Source of the DNA: a virus
Lineage: Duplodnaviria; Heunggongvirae; Uroviricota; Caudoviricetes
Length of the DNA stretch: 64,000 nt
IMG/VR virus record: IMGVR_UViG_3300035210_000190
Direction: 5' to 3' (one strand)
In this document: positions 48,998 through 58,982 of the stretch, piece after piece
Layout: every line of letters starts with the position of its first letter
Numbering within the stretch: position 1 is the stretch's first letter
Translations under genes and position numbers: made by a program
Notes under the pieces: generated by a model
Told to the model about the DNA's origin: nothing
Databases searched by the model: none
The model's input: the letters and a program-made list of their open reading frames with translations, nothing else

Positions 48998-49600
48998 ATG
49001 ACCATCCCAGTATTCAATATTAAAAAAATCATTTCTCATGTTCACCGTTCCTTTATGCAAGTGGAACAGGTACAAGGCTCCTATGAGAGTATTTTTGGTG
49101 GCACCAAAGAAATCGATCATTATGTGCTCACTAAACCCTCAGCTATCTGCCTGACCTTGTATGACAAAGCGACTGATGAATTCGTTTTCGTGAAGCAATT
49201 CCGCATGGGTGCCTTCAAACATCCTGACGAAACTGACGCTTGGGTTATTGAACCTGTTGCCGGTCATATCGACCCGAAAGAAGACCCACTGCTGGCCGCT
49301 CAGCGTGAAGGTGAAGAAGAAACCAATATGTTGATCAAGTTGGAAGATATTCGTTACCTGTGCAAAGGATACACCAGTGCTGGTATCTCGAACGAAATGC
49401 ACCACACCTACTTTGCCTACGTGAACTCTTCGAGCTTCGACATGAACCGTTCGCATGGTATTGATGATGAAGACATTCAAATCATCAAAATCAGTCGTGA
49501 AGACACCATGAAGATGATTGAAAGTGGCGAAATTCGCACTTGCAGTGCTATCATCGGGGTTTCACTGGCAATTGCAAAAGGTTTGGTGCCAGCACAATAA
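48998..49600 (+). CDS. Nudix hydrolase
   Basis: Nudix box GHIDPKEDPLLAAQREGEEETNM (Gx5Ex7REUxEE). Confidence 0.7.
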   Translation: MTIPVFNIKKIISHVHRSFMQVEQVQGSYESIFGGTKEIDHYVLTKPSAICLTLYDKATDEFVFVKQFRMGAFKHPDETDAWVIEPVAGHIDPKEDPLLAAQREGEEETNMLIKLEDIRYLCKGYTSAGISNEMHHTYFAYVNSSSFDMNRSHGIDDEDIQIIKISREDTMKMIESGEIRTCSAIIGVSLAIAKGLVPAQ

Positions 49601-49665
49601 ACGCTTTCAATATCAAGGTCTTTGTTGTATAATGAAGACCTTCCCACCTTGTAGGAGTTTACACC

Positions 49666-49890
49666 ATGAACCAGCCTATTCACACTAACATTCCTGACAA
49701 ACTGACCATTGCCAAAGTATTGCGTTTGCATGAAGCTGGTGGTTTGCTGCATATCGAGCCTGCTTTCCCAACCAAAGACCTGTTGGTTGACACACCAGAA
49801 GCTCAAAAGTTGGCAAGCTTGTGGGACGACTTCAATAAGGCCAAGAAAGCTCTTGATTTGCATATCGCTGAGCTTTACGCTTCGGTTTAA
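49666..49890 (+). CDS. hypothetical protein
   Basis: RBS AGGAG. Confidence 0.55.
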   Translation: MNQPIHTNIPDKLTIAKVLRLHEAGGLLHIEPAFPTKDLLVDTPEAQKLASLWDDFNKAKKALDLHIAELYASV

Positions 49891-49990
49891 AATGAACATT
49901 TTTTACAGCCTATCGCTTGATAGGCTTTTTTTTACCTTTCATTTATGTTATAATGATTACCTAATTTGATAAACCAATTTGGAGAAACAC

Positions 49991-50317
49991 ATGACTAAGA
50001 TTCTTGTTGTTGGTTCGGATCTTGATATTCTTGCCCTGTTGAGAAAAAGACTTCCAGATTATGAATTTTTGGCAGTTCATGGTAATGGCTTGGATGAAGT
50101 AACCATTAATAAAAAAGAAGTGCTTATGATTGATAATTTTCCTGAATCTTGGGCTAGACAATTGAGCCATGATGACATGGAGTCTATGATTCTTCATGAA
50201 ATGCTTCTGTTGGAAAATCATCGTCAATTTTACCCCATTAAAACAATCAACGCCTCTGAACGGTATTACCATGCTTACACCAAGCCTTATGGTAAAAAAC
50301 ATCGCCAACGGTTTTGA
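49991..50317 (+). CDS. hypothetical protein
   Basis: RBS TGGAGA. Confidence 0.55.
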   Translation: MTKILVVGSDLDILALLRKRLPDYEFLAVHGNGLDEVTINKKEVLMIDNFPESWARQLSHDDMESMILHEMLLLENHRQFYPIKTINASERYYHAYTKPYGKKHRQRF

Positions 50318-50381
50318 CTTCCCATAAGGTAGCTGTTATACTGCACACCACACAAATACAGGGGAATACAGGGGACATCCT

Positions 50382-50666
50382 ATGATTATCACAATGGCAG
50401 GCGATGTGAAACACGCAATAAAAGTCACTCGCTTGCATGATTGCTGGGGCGTTCGTTGCTTTACGAATGGCACATTGAATCAGGAAATTCGTGTCCACTG
50501 TAAAGAAGACATCGGTGTGGCTGCAGCAGAAATGCTTCGCTTTGAAGACAAGTGTGGTAATATTTCTGAGCATGCTGCTTGTGCTCGGGAACGCTTTTTC
50601 AAAGCCGATGGTGCCAACTATCGCACTTACAAGAAGCCGCACCGAGAAATCACGATTACAAAATAA
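50382..50666 (+). CDS. hypothetical protein
   Basis: ORF; preceded by tandem ATACAGGGGA repeat. Confidence 0.5.
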   Translation: MIITMAGDVKHAIKVTRLHDCWGVRCFTNGTLNQEIRVHCKEDIGVAAAEMLRFEDKCGNISEHAACARERFFKADGANYRTYKKPHREITITK

Positions 50667-50771
50667 TAAATTATCTATTAAAAGACCCGCTTCGGCGGGT
50701 TTTTTGTTGTCTATTATTTGACTTATTATCCTTTTATGCGAGGATATATGAAATTTATTTAGGAGTTTTAT

Positions 50772-51545
50772 ATGTCTGAGCTTAAGCCTAACCTTACGGG
50801 GCAAGAAAATGTTGAATTTACACTTGTTCAAAAATTAATTGCAGTGCTAGTATCCATTGTTTTAGTTCCATTGGCACTCTATTATATAACACTGACTGTA
50901 ATGAACATGATTAATCATAAAATAGCTATTAGTGATGGTTACACGTATGCTGATTTGTTTCAACCGGGGGATTATTCATTCAACATCATGGCATTAATGT
51001 TTTTCTTTACTTATTTTGCATTCACACTCGCAACTGTTTTATCTTGGATTAAACATGATAATTTAAAAAAATCACTATTCATGACTATACTTTCCTTGAT
51101 ACCAGCAGTTTTCTTTGTTTATAATTATCAGAATACAGATGAATACATGTATCAACCGATTAGTGAACTTTATGAAAAATTAGTGTTGGCTAATCCAACT
51201 TTTGCAAAATCAGATATTGGATTACAATTTTCAAAGGCTTTAACTACTCATGATTATGCTTCATTGAAAAAGATAACTAATGATATGGATAGTCTTAAAA
51301 AAATGGATTTTAAGTGGAATAGTAAGATAGGTGAAGTTATCAATCTATTACCATTACCTAAATCAGTGGAAGCTTTCAAGGCAATGACTAGTGATAATAC
51401 ACGTTTCATATCAGTTTCTGACTACAAACATTTTTATGACAATCTTCTGATTGAATTTAAAGCCAGTGATATTGCTAGTAAAAAAGAGTTTATTTACCTG
51501 ATTGATTCAATTAATCCTGATAGATATTATTCACAATTACCATAA
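50772..51545 (+). CDS. integral membrane protein (multiple TM helices)
   Basis: hydrophobic segments; RBS AGGAG. Confidence 0.65.
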   Translation: MSELKPNLTGQENVEFTLVQKLIAVLVSIVLVPLALYYITLTVMNMINHKIAISDGYTYADLFQPGDYSFNIMALMFFFTYFAFTLATVLSWIKHDNLKKSLFMTILSLIPAVFFVYNYQNTDEYMYQPISELYEKLVLANPTFAKSDIGLQFSKALTTHDYASLKKITNDMDSLKKMDFKWNSKIGEVINLLPLPKSVEAFKAMTSDNTRFISVSDYKHFYDNLLIEFKASDIASKKEFIYLIDSINPDRYYSQLP

Positions 51546-51862
51546 ACTAAAAGGCCACATATGTGGCTTTTTTATACTTATTAGTTTTTCATAGACGAAA
51601 AAAAAGAGGCATTTAGCCTCTCCCAAAAAGAAGATTGGACTCCTTTTATGCGGTGCGGTTTTCCATCATACATCACCAGCGTATGACGAGCTACCATGTC
51701 GGCAGAGCCTCTGAATGGTCATCGGATGCTAAACATCAACCCTGAAAGATGAGTTTTTTCTCATCCCGCATCTCCAAATTAATAGTATCAAAATGGTCAG
51801 TAAAATGCAACTCTTTTATCATCACAACAACTATTTTTTTTTGAAAACACTTGATGATTTTG

Positions 51863-51891
51863 TTGACAGTTATGCCTGTTTTCTATATAAT
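51863..51891 (+). promoter_or_regulatory. consensus sigma70 promoter TTGACA-17-TATAAT driving tRNA-like gene
   Basis: perfect -35 and -10 hexamers with 17-nt spacer. Confidence 0.7.
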
Positions 51892-51938
51892 AAGCACATC
51901 AAGACTAAACAACTAAATCTTGATACAATGTAATATAT

Positions 51939-52010
51939 GGGCCGGTGGTGTTTAACGGGAACAAGTGTCCTTAACCGGATGAGTTCTGGGTTCGAGTCCC
52001 AGTCGGTCCT
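51939..52010 (+). tRNA. tRNA-like gene, atypical anticodon arm (5-bp stem with two G-U pairs, 6-nt loop UUAACC); monocistronic with own promoter and terminator
   Basis: acceptor stem GGGCCGG/TCGGTCC, D-arm TGTT/AACA, canonical T-arm CTGGGTTCGAGTCCCAG; terminator 52029-52053. Confidence 0.5.
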
Positions 52011-52149
52011 CCTAATTTAAAATACAGATAAACCGCCTTCTTGGCGGTTTTTTGTTTTAACACTTTTGAATAATAATCATTTTTCACTACCAGTATTATA
52101 GACAACAAAAAGCCCGCTTCTGCGGGCCTTTTATATTACTGTTGGAAAA

Positions 52150-52359
52150 CTACTTAGCCACTCGGGCGTGCTTCAAAAAGAGCCATTTCGGATGTTTCTT
52201 GGTATCACCATTGCAGTCGGCAATGACGACATTACCATCTTCAACACCTTTAAATGTCAGGTTGACAAAAAAGCAATAGCGTGCAATCGGTTGGCCTACT
52301 TCAAAACCTGCCAACATCTGTTCTGTTACCGGATGTTCGTTCAGTTGATTCTTTGCCAT
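52150..52359 (-). CDS. hypothetical protein on minus strand
   Basis: minus-strand promoter GGTATAAT and RBS AAAGAGG (rc of 52360-52400). Confidence 0.6.
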   Translation of the reverse strand: MAKNQLNEHPVTEQMLAGFEVGQPIARYCFFVNLTFKGVEDGNVVIADCNGDTKKHPKWLFLKHARVAK

Positions 52360-52428
52360 GATATTAAAGCCTCTTTGGTTTGTGTGGCTATTATACCTAA
52401 TACTTAAAGCAAAAACAAGATTTTTCTA

Positions 52429-52590
52429 TTACTTTTGAAGCTTTTTAGAATCTATCTGGGTGGTCGCTTCGCTTTTTATATCGCTTGTTTTCGAGTTGTC
52501 TTCGGCCATAACGCCAGTTCCAAATAATCCCATAAACACGCTTAAAACCAATCCAGTCATTTCTTTTTTCACATTTTCTTTCTTCATCAT
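52429..52590 (-). CDS. 53-aa secreted peptide on minus strand (not in ORF track)
   Basis: RBS AAGGTGA; signal-peptide-like N-term; upstream of 52150-52359 in same orientation. Confidence 0.4.
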   Translation of the reverse strand: MMKKENVKKEMTGLVLSVFMGLFGTGVMAEDNSKTSDIKSEATTQIDSKKLQK

Positions 52591-52739
52591 ATCACCTTTT
52601 ATATTGTTAGCTTGCTATCTACTTTATAAGTATACTCCTGTTATTTTTGATTGCAAGTGGCTGATTTTTGAAAGTTTTCATTGTCTAACTTGGCCGAAAG
52701 TGCTATAATAGACACTTCAAACAACGGAGAATTATCATT

Positions 52740-52931
52740 ATGCCACTCGCCCCGAACCCTAATCCAGTTGAAGAAGTATTTGGTATCTGCCCCGGCTGTA
52801 ACACTCAAATCGAGGCTCATGAAGTGATTCATTGCATTTGCCGTTGTGGTGATCAAGATGCTGATGTCTATGATCGTATGGCTGAAGAAATGGATGCAAA
52901 AGAAGCTCTCGACAAACAAAAATCCGAATAA
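52740..52931 (+). CDS. small Cys-rich zinc-binding protein
   Basis: CPGC...HCICRC; RBS GGAGAA. Confidence 0.55.
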   Translation: MPLAPNPNPVEEVFGICPGCNTQIEAHEVIHCICRCGDQDADVYDRMAEEMDAKEALDKQKSE

Positions 52932-53062
52932 TAGGCAATTGTCATAGTAAGGAATCGAAAGAGCTTGACGTTCTTTCTTTTCTTTGCTAACATTCTCCCC
53001 GTTAACGTTCTGTAGTCGAATACCTCAAACTTTCGTTTAGATAGTCAACTGAGGATACTATT

Positions 53063-53329
53063 ATGACCAAAACAGAACTGATTCACTTGCTGCAAACTGA
53101 TGTTGATGTTCGTTCGGCTGTTACCGAACTGTTGAAAGATTCTATTGTTGGTATGATGGAAGCTGATGTTGAGTTGAGGGCTGCTGTTGTGTCCATTGTC
53201 AAAGAAGATGTGTCGTTTGAGCTTAGTTGCTCAGATTACTATGATTACGATTACTCTGGTTATCGAATTGCACTTTCTCTTGATGGTTCAGAAGTGACAT
53301 CGGACTCTTTTACTGTAAAAAGTTCGTAA
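53063..53329 (+). CDS. hypothetical protein
   Basis: RBS GAGGA. Confidence 0.55.
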   Translation: MTKTELIHLLQTDVDVRSAVTELLKDSIVGMMEADVELRAAVVSIVKEDVSFELSCSDYYDYDYSGYRIALSLDGSEVTSDSFTVKSS

Positions 53330-53394
53330 TATAAAGCCCCAGCGATGGGGCTTTTTTGTTTCTCAATTTTATTTTCTTATAGGAGTGTTTTTTT

Positions 53395-53961
53395 ATGATT
53401 AAACGTTTGTTGGCTTTCATTGGCATCTCAGTGGTACTTTGTTCGCAAGTGTATGCCGAAACCCCAGCGTCCGTTAACTACCCTGTCAGTGGCTCACAGA
53501 TGGCTTCACAGGTGGGTAAATATCCATCGTTCAAAGTCTACAGAGCATCAGAAGATGGAAAGCAAATTACCATTACCGATATCTCTACCGATACTGACAG
53601 TATTCTGTCTAAAACACTTGTCGTAGAAAAAGGTGAACGTATTAATCCATCAGTCGAATATGAGTATATTAATGGAATTGTAAGGAGTGATAAAATCACT
53701 TATACGTTTAGTGATGTATACCGTTCAGATGACTTGTATTTAGCTGACAAAGCGGAACTTTATAAAAATGCTCTTTCAGTCTACGATAAAGCGAAAAGTG
53801 AACTTCTTGCTGCAGGGTATGAAGACTTAACAAAACCATCAGGGGCAAAATACAAAAAAGGTGATGTGGTGGTCGAAGTTCAAGCCCTAATGAACAGCTA
53901 TAATTTATTTGTAGTCATTGAGGCAACTTACCAGCCACCAATAGATTTATATCGTAATTAA
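53395..53961 (+). CDS. secreted protein (signal peptide)
   Basis: MIKRLLAFIGISVVLCSQVYA; RBS AGGAG. Confidence 0.65.
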   Translation: MIKRLLAFIGISVVLCSQVYAETPASVNYPVSGSQMASQVGKYPSFKVYRASEDGKQITITDISTDTDSILSKTLVVEKGERINPSVEYEYINGIVRSDKITYTFSDVYRSDDLYLADKAELYKNALSVYDKAKSELLAAGYEDLTKPSGAKYKKGDVVVEVQALMNSYNLFVVIEATYQPPIDLYRN

Positions 53962-54041
53962 ATTAAGCCCATTCATGGGCTTTTCTTTTATCAAAAATAA
54001 TGTTATAATCAAGCATATTTTTAAATGAGAATTTTTTTATC

Positions 54042-54632
54042 ATGACTCAATACTCTTCTTACGGCATCAAACTTGGCATGGATATTGGTGAAGCACGGAA
54101 AATCCTTGAAAAAAATGGATTCTTTACTCGGCCACTCAAAAACAGTTTTTTCAGCAATTGTATTGAATCCATAAAAGGTGAACTTAGCATCCTTATTATG
54201 GGCGGAATGCTCAATAAAGTGGCTGCATTAACCACGATTATTTCACATCACACTGAATTTACGGATCATGACAAGACTTTTCTGGAAAATGCTTGTCATC
54301 TTGAAGAACTTCGCGGCATGATCGGTCTTGATGGTTTGTATGCGGCGGCTGAAAATTCGCTTGCGGATATCTCAAAGCTTTATAAATATGAAGTGAAAGA
54401 TGCGATTATTAACATAGACAATGAACTTATGTTGTTCCTTTCTGATCGAAAGGCTCCAAAGGCTTACCGCTGGATTAAAGTTATTATGTCCAAAGAACCT
54501 ATGGGATTTTATGAATTTGATTATTCACCAATCAAGGAAGAAATTCAAAAAGATCCTACTGGTAAAGTCCAAGACTTGTATCGCATTTTGCTTATTTCGA
54601 ATTACTTTAAAACTGGTTTGGCTGAAATCTAA
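54042..54632 (+). CDS. hypothetical protein
   Basis: promoter TGTTATAAT. Confidence 0.6.
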   Translation: MTQYSSYGIKLGMDIGEARKILEKNGFFTRPLKNSFFSNCIESIKGELSILIMGGMLNKVAALTTIISHHTEFTDHDKTFLENACHLEELRGMIGLDGLYAAAENSLADISKLYKYEVKDAIINIDNELMLFLSDRKAPKAYRWIKVIMSKEPMGFYEFDYSPIKEEIQKDPTGKVQDLYRILLISNYFKTGLAEI

Positions 54633-54775
54633 ATGGTCTTTTGCTATAAAAAGCTTGTTTTTAAAGATTTACCTTGATATACTAACCATGTTGAAGCGGC
54701 AAGGGGCGAGCAACCCATTAAGTCTTTCCCCTTGTTAATGCTTACTTATTATAACCATTTAAAAGGATACAAAAC

Positions 54776-54910
54776 ATGCAAGGTTCTTTCGGTGACGCAG
54801 TAGAACGTTTTCGTGGCGGCAAGAAAAAAGACAATGAAAAGGCAAAATTTCACAAAAAAGATAACGAATTTCGGAATCGCCGCCGCAATCGTCATCAAGA
54901 CGCAGAGTAA
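54776..54910 (+). CDS. 44-aa basic peptide, copy 2 of 3
   Basis: MQGSFGDAVERFRGGKKKDNEKAKFHKKDNEFRNRRRNRHQDAE; leader hairpin upstream. Confidence 0.6.
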   Translation: MQGSFGDAVERFRGGKKKDNEKAKFHKKDNEFRNRRRNRHQDAE

Positions 54911-54979
54911 TCAACCAGTTAAGCAGTAGCCAGTCTACTGCTTTCTTGCTTAAGTCTTTCTTTAATGAGGATTTTCATC

Positions 54980-55228
54980 ATGAAAAATCAATCGGAAAGC
55001 GTTATGGGTCATCAGAAATACCTTAAACTTGCCTTGACTGTTTTGGCAAGCATCTTGATTCTGTCTACTTCGGCTGGTGTTGTTTATCAAATTTGGTTGG
55101 GCACTCACCTTATGGCCGTTGCTTTGAGTGTTGTTGTGGTGGCTGAAGCTTTCGTCGTATGCTACTGTAATGCCATTGTTCAACTGTTTAAAACGCTGGA
55201 TAATGTTGACGACCTTATCAGCGATTAA
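54980..55228 (+). CDS. small membrane protein
   Basis: two hydrophobic helices. Confidence 0.5.
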   Translation: MKNQSESVMGHQKYLKLALTVLASILILSTSAGVVYQIWLGTHLMAVALSVVVVAEAFVVCYCNAIVQLFKTLDNVDDLISD

Positions 55229-55252
55229 GCCAATTATTTAAGGAAATTTACC

Positions 55253-55564
55253 TTGAACATTCCACCCGGAACACGCATTCTTCTGGTCTATGATCCTATT
55301 CATGGTGTTCCAACATCTGATGGCCTAGCATCTGAATTTGTGGCCGATATTGTTGAGAGTAACGATGAACACTTGATTTATACATCCAGTTCGCTGGTTA
55401 TTGATTATTTCCGATTGGCTGTCTTCAAGACAGAGTTGTCACCAAACGATATTATCATTCGTTTTAATGATAAGGAAATTCTTCTCACGAAGGAAGGAAG
55501 GTTTTCTGATTGTCCAGTTGGGTTTTGTGACTATATGGAAAACATTCTTATGCAGATTATTTGA
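55253..55564 (+). CDS. hypothetical protein, paralog of 35548-35868
   Basis: shared motifs. Confidence 0.6.
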   Translation: MNIPPGTRILLVYDPIHGVPTSDGLASEFVADIVESNDEHLIYTSSSLVIDYFRLAVFKTELSPNDIIIRFNDKEILLTKEGRFSDCPVGFCDYMENILMQII

Positions 55565-55647
55565 ATCATCAAAAATGAGTTTTTACTTTACTCAACAAGG
55601 CTATCTTGATATAATACACACAAATCAGTTAGCCTTGGTATCTCACC

Positions 55648-56037
55648 ATGAAGACCAATAATCAGAAAATCCTTAATGCCATTGTAGAGCGTTGCAAAGA
55701 GCGTAAGGCTTCTGCTTACACAGAACGCTTGACGGTGAATGGCGTCGAGTATGCCTACATGTCTGAGGTTGACCCTCATTGTGATGAACCTATGGGCGAT
55801 GAGCGGGTTTGGACGATCACCTTTGTGGCTGTTTTGCCCGGTTATTTCTTCATCTATCATTTGGATGGTGAACGGTTTTGTGTTGAACCCGAACTGGATA
55901 AGCCATACCAGTTCAATTTCACAGAACTCCATGCTTTGTTGAAAAAGAAAAACGTCAAACATTTTGACAATGAAAGCATTTGGGATAACGAAATCGAACC
56001 CGATAAAAAATTGGCTTGTATTTTCACCATTGGTTAA
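55648..56037 (+). CDS. hypothetical protein
   Basis: promoter TGATATAAT. Confidence 0.55.
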   Translation: MKTNNQKILNAIVERCKERKASAYTERLTVNGVEYAYMSEVDPHCDEPMGDERVWTITFVAVLPGYFFIYHLDGERFCVEPELDKPYQFNFTELHALLKKKNVKHFDNESIWDNEIEPDKKLACIFTIG

Positions 56038-56055
56038 CAATAGGAATTAAAATTT

Positions 56056-56337
56056 ATGAAAACGTATACCAGTAACGACAACATCACTTGCCAAGCCGCT
56101 CAATATGGCACTGACCCAGAAGCGGCTGAACACATTCGCCAATGCTATATGGATTATGAAAACAAAATTGCCAAAGTTCCCGGTGATATGATGGGCACTC
56201 CTAAAAATGCGTTTTTTGGCGTAAAAACCAATGCTGGCTGGCAACGTATTGAAGTTGGTGATTTTGTTGTCGTGAAAAACGGCGAAACACTGGTAGTGCC
56301 TTACTCAGTATTCAAACTGACTTTCTCGGAAGTTTAA
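56056..56337 (+). CDS. hypothetical protein
   Basis: RBS AGGAA. Confidence 0.55.
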   Translation: MKTYTSNDNITCQAAQYGTDPEAAEHIRQCYMDYENKIAKVPGDMMGTPKNAFFGVKTNAGWQRIEVGDFVVVKNGETLVVPYSVFKLTFSEV

Positions 56338-56368
56338 AATCGAAATCCCTTTCTTTGGAGATGTGATT

Positions 56369-56539
56369 ATGCAAGGTTATATGGTTTATGCTTGGGATCA
56401 GTATTATCCAAGAACCGCTGATAAACAGGTGAAGGGTGTTTTTCTTGACGAAGTAAAGGCAGAAGCCTTGAAAAAGGAACTTGAGTCATCAGGTCATTAC
56501 AACTACGTTGAATGCGAGCCTATTCCTATTATTGAATAA
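56369..56539 (+). CDS. 56-aa hypothetical protein (below ORF-track cutoff)
   Basis: RBS TGGAGATG 7 nt before ATG. Confidence 0.45.
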   Translation: MQGYMVYAWDQYYPRTADKQVKGVFLDEVKAEALKKELESSGHYNYVECEPIPIIE

Positions 56540-56614
56540 TATTTCAGCTAACTTTGATTATATTAGGAATAACAAAAAACCCCACCCTTGGGGTTTTTGT
56601 TTGTATATTATAGT

Positions 56615-57481
56615 TTAGTTAACTTGGCAAACTTGATATCCGCCTGACTGATACGGCCCACGTCTGTATAGTTTACCATCAGTTCCTCTTACATCTGGAT
56701 AGTTAGTTAAGTAGTCTGGATTGACATAATTTCTATATACAATATTACCTTGCCATAAAACAGTTAATTCTGTAATGTAACCTTCATCTTCTTGATAACC
56801 CCATTCATAAGAACCCCATGCGAAGTTACATACTGTAGCTGGTTTCGTTCCAACGCTTGTTCTCGTTGAAGTAGCAGCAATTGATTGGTTTTCGATAATA
56901 ACTGAACCCACGTTTCTGATTGCTTGTGTGGTTGTTTCTTGCTCACGATTTTGTTTATTGCGAGTTTGTGGTTGCTGACAATCTGTGGCAGTTTGTGTGA
57001 ATGATTGACCAGATGTGACCGTTGATGTGGCTGGACTCCAGTTCGTGCAGCTTGTTACACCCCCACTGTTAACCCATGTGGTGACATCAGCAGCAATCGC
57101 CACCCACGTTTCTAATGTGCCTACAGCACTTCGTGTTTGAGTTGTGTTTATACTTTGGGATTCATTGTAAGGATTTCCAGTGTTACGAATACTGCCTGAA
57201 ACATTATCAATTTCTCGATCTTGCACTGTTCTGGTTTGATCTTGCTTACAGTCGCTTGCGGTTTGTGTAAACGTATTTCCGATGGTTATTGCAGATACTG
57301 CAGGACTCCAATTTAGACATGAATGCACACTTCCTGTGTTTTCCCAATCTCCGTATAATGGTGAATTGGCAGCCCAACTGGCAAATCTTACTGGTTCATC
57401 TAAGTTAAATTTAACAACATATTCAGCGTGTATTATGCCGCCAGCTAATGCCAGCGTTAATGATAGTAATGTTTTTTTCAT
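56615..57481 (-). CDS. secreted protein with two Cys-containing repeats (C.NWSPA...TQTA.DC.Q.QTR), same family as 14742 and 5089
   Basis: signal peptide MKKTLLSLTLALAGGIIHA; internal duplication; AT-rich upstream flank. Confidence 0.75.
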   Translation of the reverse strand: MKKTLLSLTLALAGGIIHAEYVVKFNLDEPVRFASWAANSPLYGDWENTGSVHSCLNWSPAVSAITIGNTFTQTASDCKQDQTRTVQDREIDNVSGSIRNTGNPYNESQSINTTQTRSAVGTLETWVAIAADVTTWVNSGGVTSCTNWSPATSTVTSGQSFTQTATDCQQPQTRNKQNREQETTTQAIRNVGSVIIENQSIAATSTRTSVGTKPATVCNFAWGSYEWGYQEDEGYITELTVLWQGNIVYRNYVNPDYLTNYPDVRGTDGKLYRRGPYQSGGYQVCQVN

Positions 57482-57691
57482 AAATATTTTATTATTTTTT
57501 TACATTCTATCATAATATTATATAAATAGAAGATTTTACCATCAAAAAAAACTATTATAACTTGGAATATCAATAAAATTTCTTTAATTAATTGTCTATA
57601 TTTTCTCTCTAAATACTTTAAATAATGAAAAAATGTTGTTTTAAAAACTGTTGTTTGATATAATGGTTCATCAATCACTTGGAGACACATT

Positions 57692-58603
57692 ATGTCAGTA
57701 TTCAAAGAAGTCATGGAGTCTCTTTTTGGGAAAAAAAATAGCTTCAATAATGTGACCATCATTAATGGTTCCATTGTTGGTGGTAAAATCCCCAAAGAAG
57801 ACTACGGCCCTGTTGTCAACCATCCCGTTCAATTTAAAGATTTCTCTTCTGTCAGTATTGTTGGCCCTTTTGAAACTGTTATCCAACAAGGTGAAAATCT
57901 TACGATTCAACTTGAAATCAATGAAAAACTCATTCCATTTTTAAAAGTGGAAACTGTTAAGGGCTGTTTTAAAATCAAGGTTGAAAAGGATGTTCTTATT
58001 AACCCTGTTATGAAGCTTTTCATTACTGCACCTCTATTAGAGTCCATTACTCACAATGGCTCAGGAAAAGTTGATATCCAAGAATTTAAACAAGAAAAAA
58101 TAAACATCGAGAAATCTGGGACGGGTAAATGTGCTTTGACTGGTGACTTTGACACTATCTTGCTTGATATTCTTGGAACAGGCTCCTTTAACGCAAAATT
58201 CAATGCATATGAAGCAACTGTCAATAAAGAAAGCACAGGGGATTGTTTTATTTCTGGTCGTGTTTTGAACTCGGTCTTTACCATCAGTGGTACAGGATCT
58301 TTTGAGTACGATGGTGAATCTTCCCAATCTATCAAAATAAAACAAGATTCAGTGGGTTCATCGACTTTTTATGGTGATTGCGAAAACCTTGATTTGACTA
58401 CTTCTGGAACCGGTTCTGTTGACGCAAAAGGATTGAAAGCCTATAATGTCACACTTATTTCTTCGGGTATCGGCAAGGTTAATGTGACTGCGTTAAAGTC
58501 CATTGTCGGATCTGCGACAGGTATTGGTGGTATCCATATCTTTGGTAACCCTGCAAATGCCCGAGTGACCAAAAAATCCATTGGTGAATTGGTCTATCAC
58601 TAA
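57692..58603 (+). CDS. repeat protein resembling DUF2807/GIN-domain beta-helical proteins
   Basis: repeated (S/T)G(T/S)G(S/K)... beta-strand repeats every ~20 aa. Confidence 0.45.
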   Translation: MSVFKEVMESLFGKKNSFNNVTIINGSIVGGKIPKEDYGPVVNHPVQFKDFSSVSIVGPFETVIQQGENLTIQLEINEKLIPFLKVETVKGCFKIKVEKDVLINPVMKLFITAPLLESITHNGSGKVDIQEFKQEKINIEKSGTGKCALTGDFDTILLDILGTGSFNAKFNAYEATVNKESTGDCFISGRVLNSVFTISGTGSFEYDGESSQSIKIKQDSVGSSTFYGDCENLDLTTSGTGSVDAKGLKAYNVTLISSGIGKVNVTALKSIVGSATGIGGIHIFGNPANARVTKKSIGELVYH

Positions 58604-58711
58604 AACCTACTTTTATGTCATCAAGACCTACTTCAGTAGGTCTTTTTTGTTGGTTTGTCAATCTATTTTTGAACTAAGTATTTGAAAAATAAGCTAAAAA
58701 AATGCTTGACC

Positions 58712-58740
58712 TTCACAGCGACTTTCTCTATAATTACTCC
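58712..58740 (+). promoter_or_regulatory. sigma70 promoter TTGACC-17-TATAAT ahead of tRNA cluster
   Basis: consensus hexamers. Confidence 0.6.
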
Positions 58741-58897
58741 ATCAAGACGAAACGGAGAAACAAACATCTTGCCAGAATAAACCAGCACTTCTTACAAGTG
58801 GCTTGTTTTGGAATAATAACTTCGGTTACCAATATAGCTTGTAAGTATGGAACACTACTCGGTGCAGATATAAATAGAGTAGTCCATATCATATTAA

Positions 58898-58982
58898 GCC
58901 CGAGTGGTGGAATGGTAGACACGGGAGACTTAAAATCTCCTTTCCTTCGGAAGTGCCGGTTCGAGTCCGGCCTCGGGCACCA
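58898..58982 (+). tRNA. tRNA-Leu (anticodon UAA), type II with long variable arm, CCA encoded
   Basis: acceptor GCCCGAG/CTCGGGC, anticodon stem GGAGA/TCTCC loop CTTAAAA, T-arm CCGGTTCGAGTCCGG. Confidence 0.85.

Noticed and set aside
52460-52708. 82-aa plus-strand ORF
   Set aside because: It is antisense to a better-supported minus-strand small secreted-peptide gene (52429-52590) that has an RBS and continues the minus-strand unit with 52150-52359.
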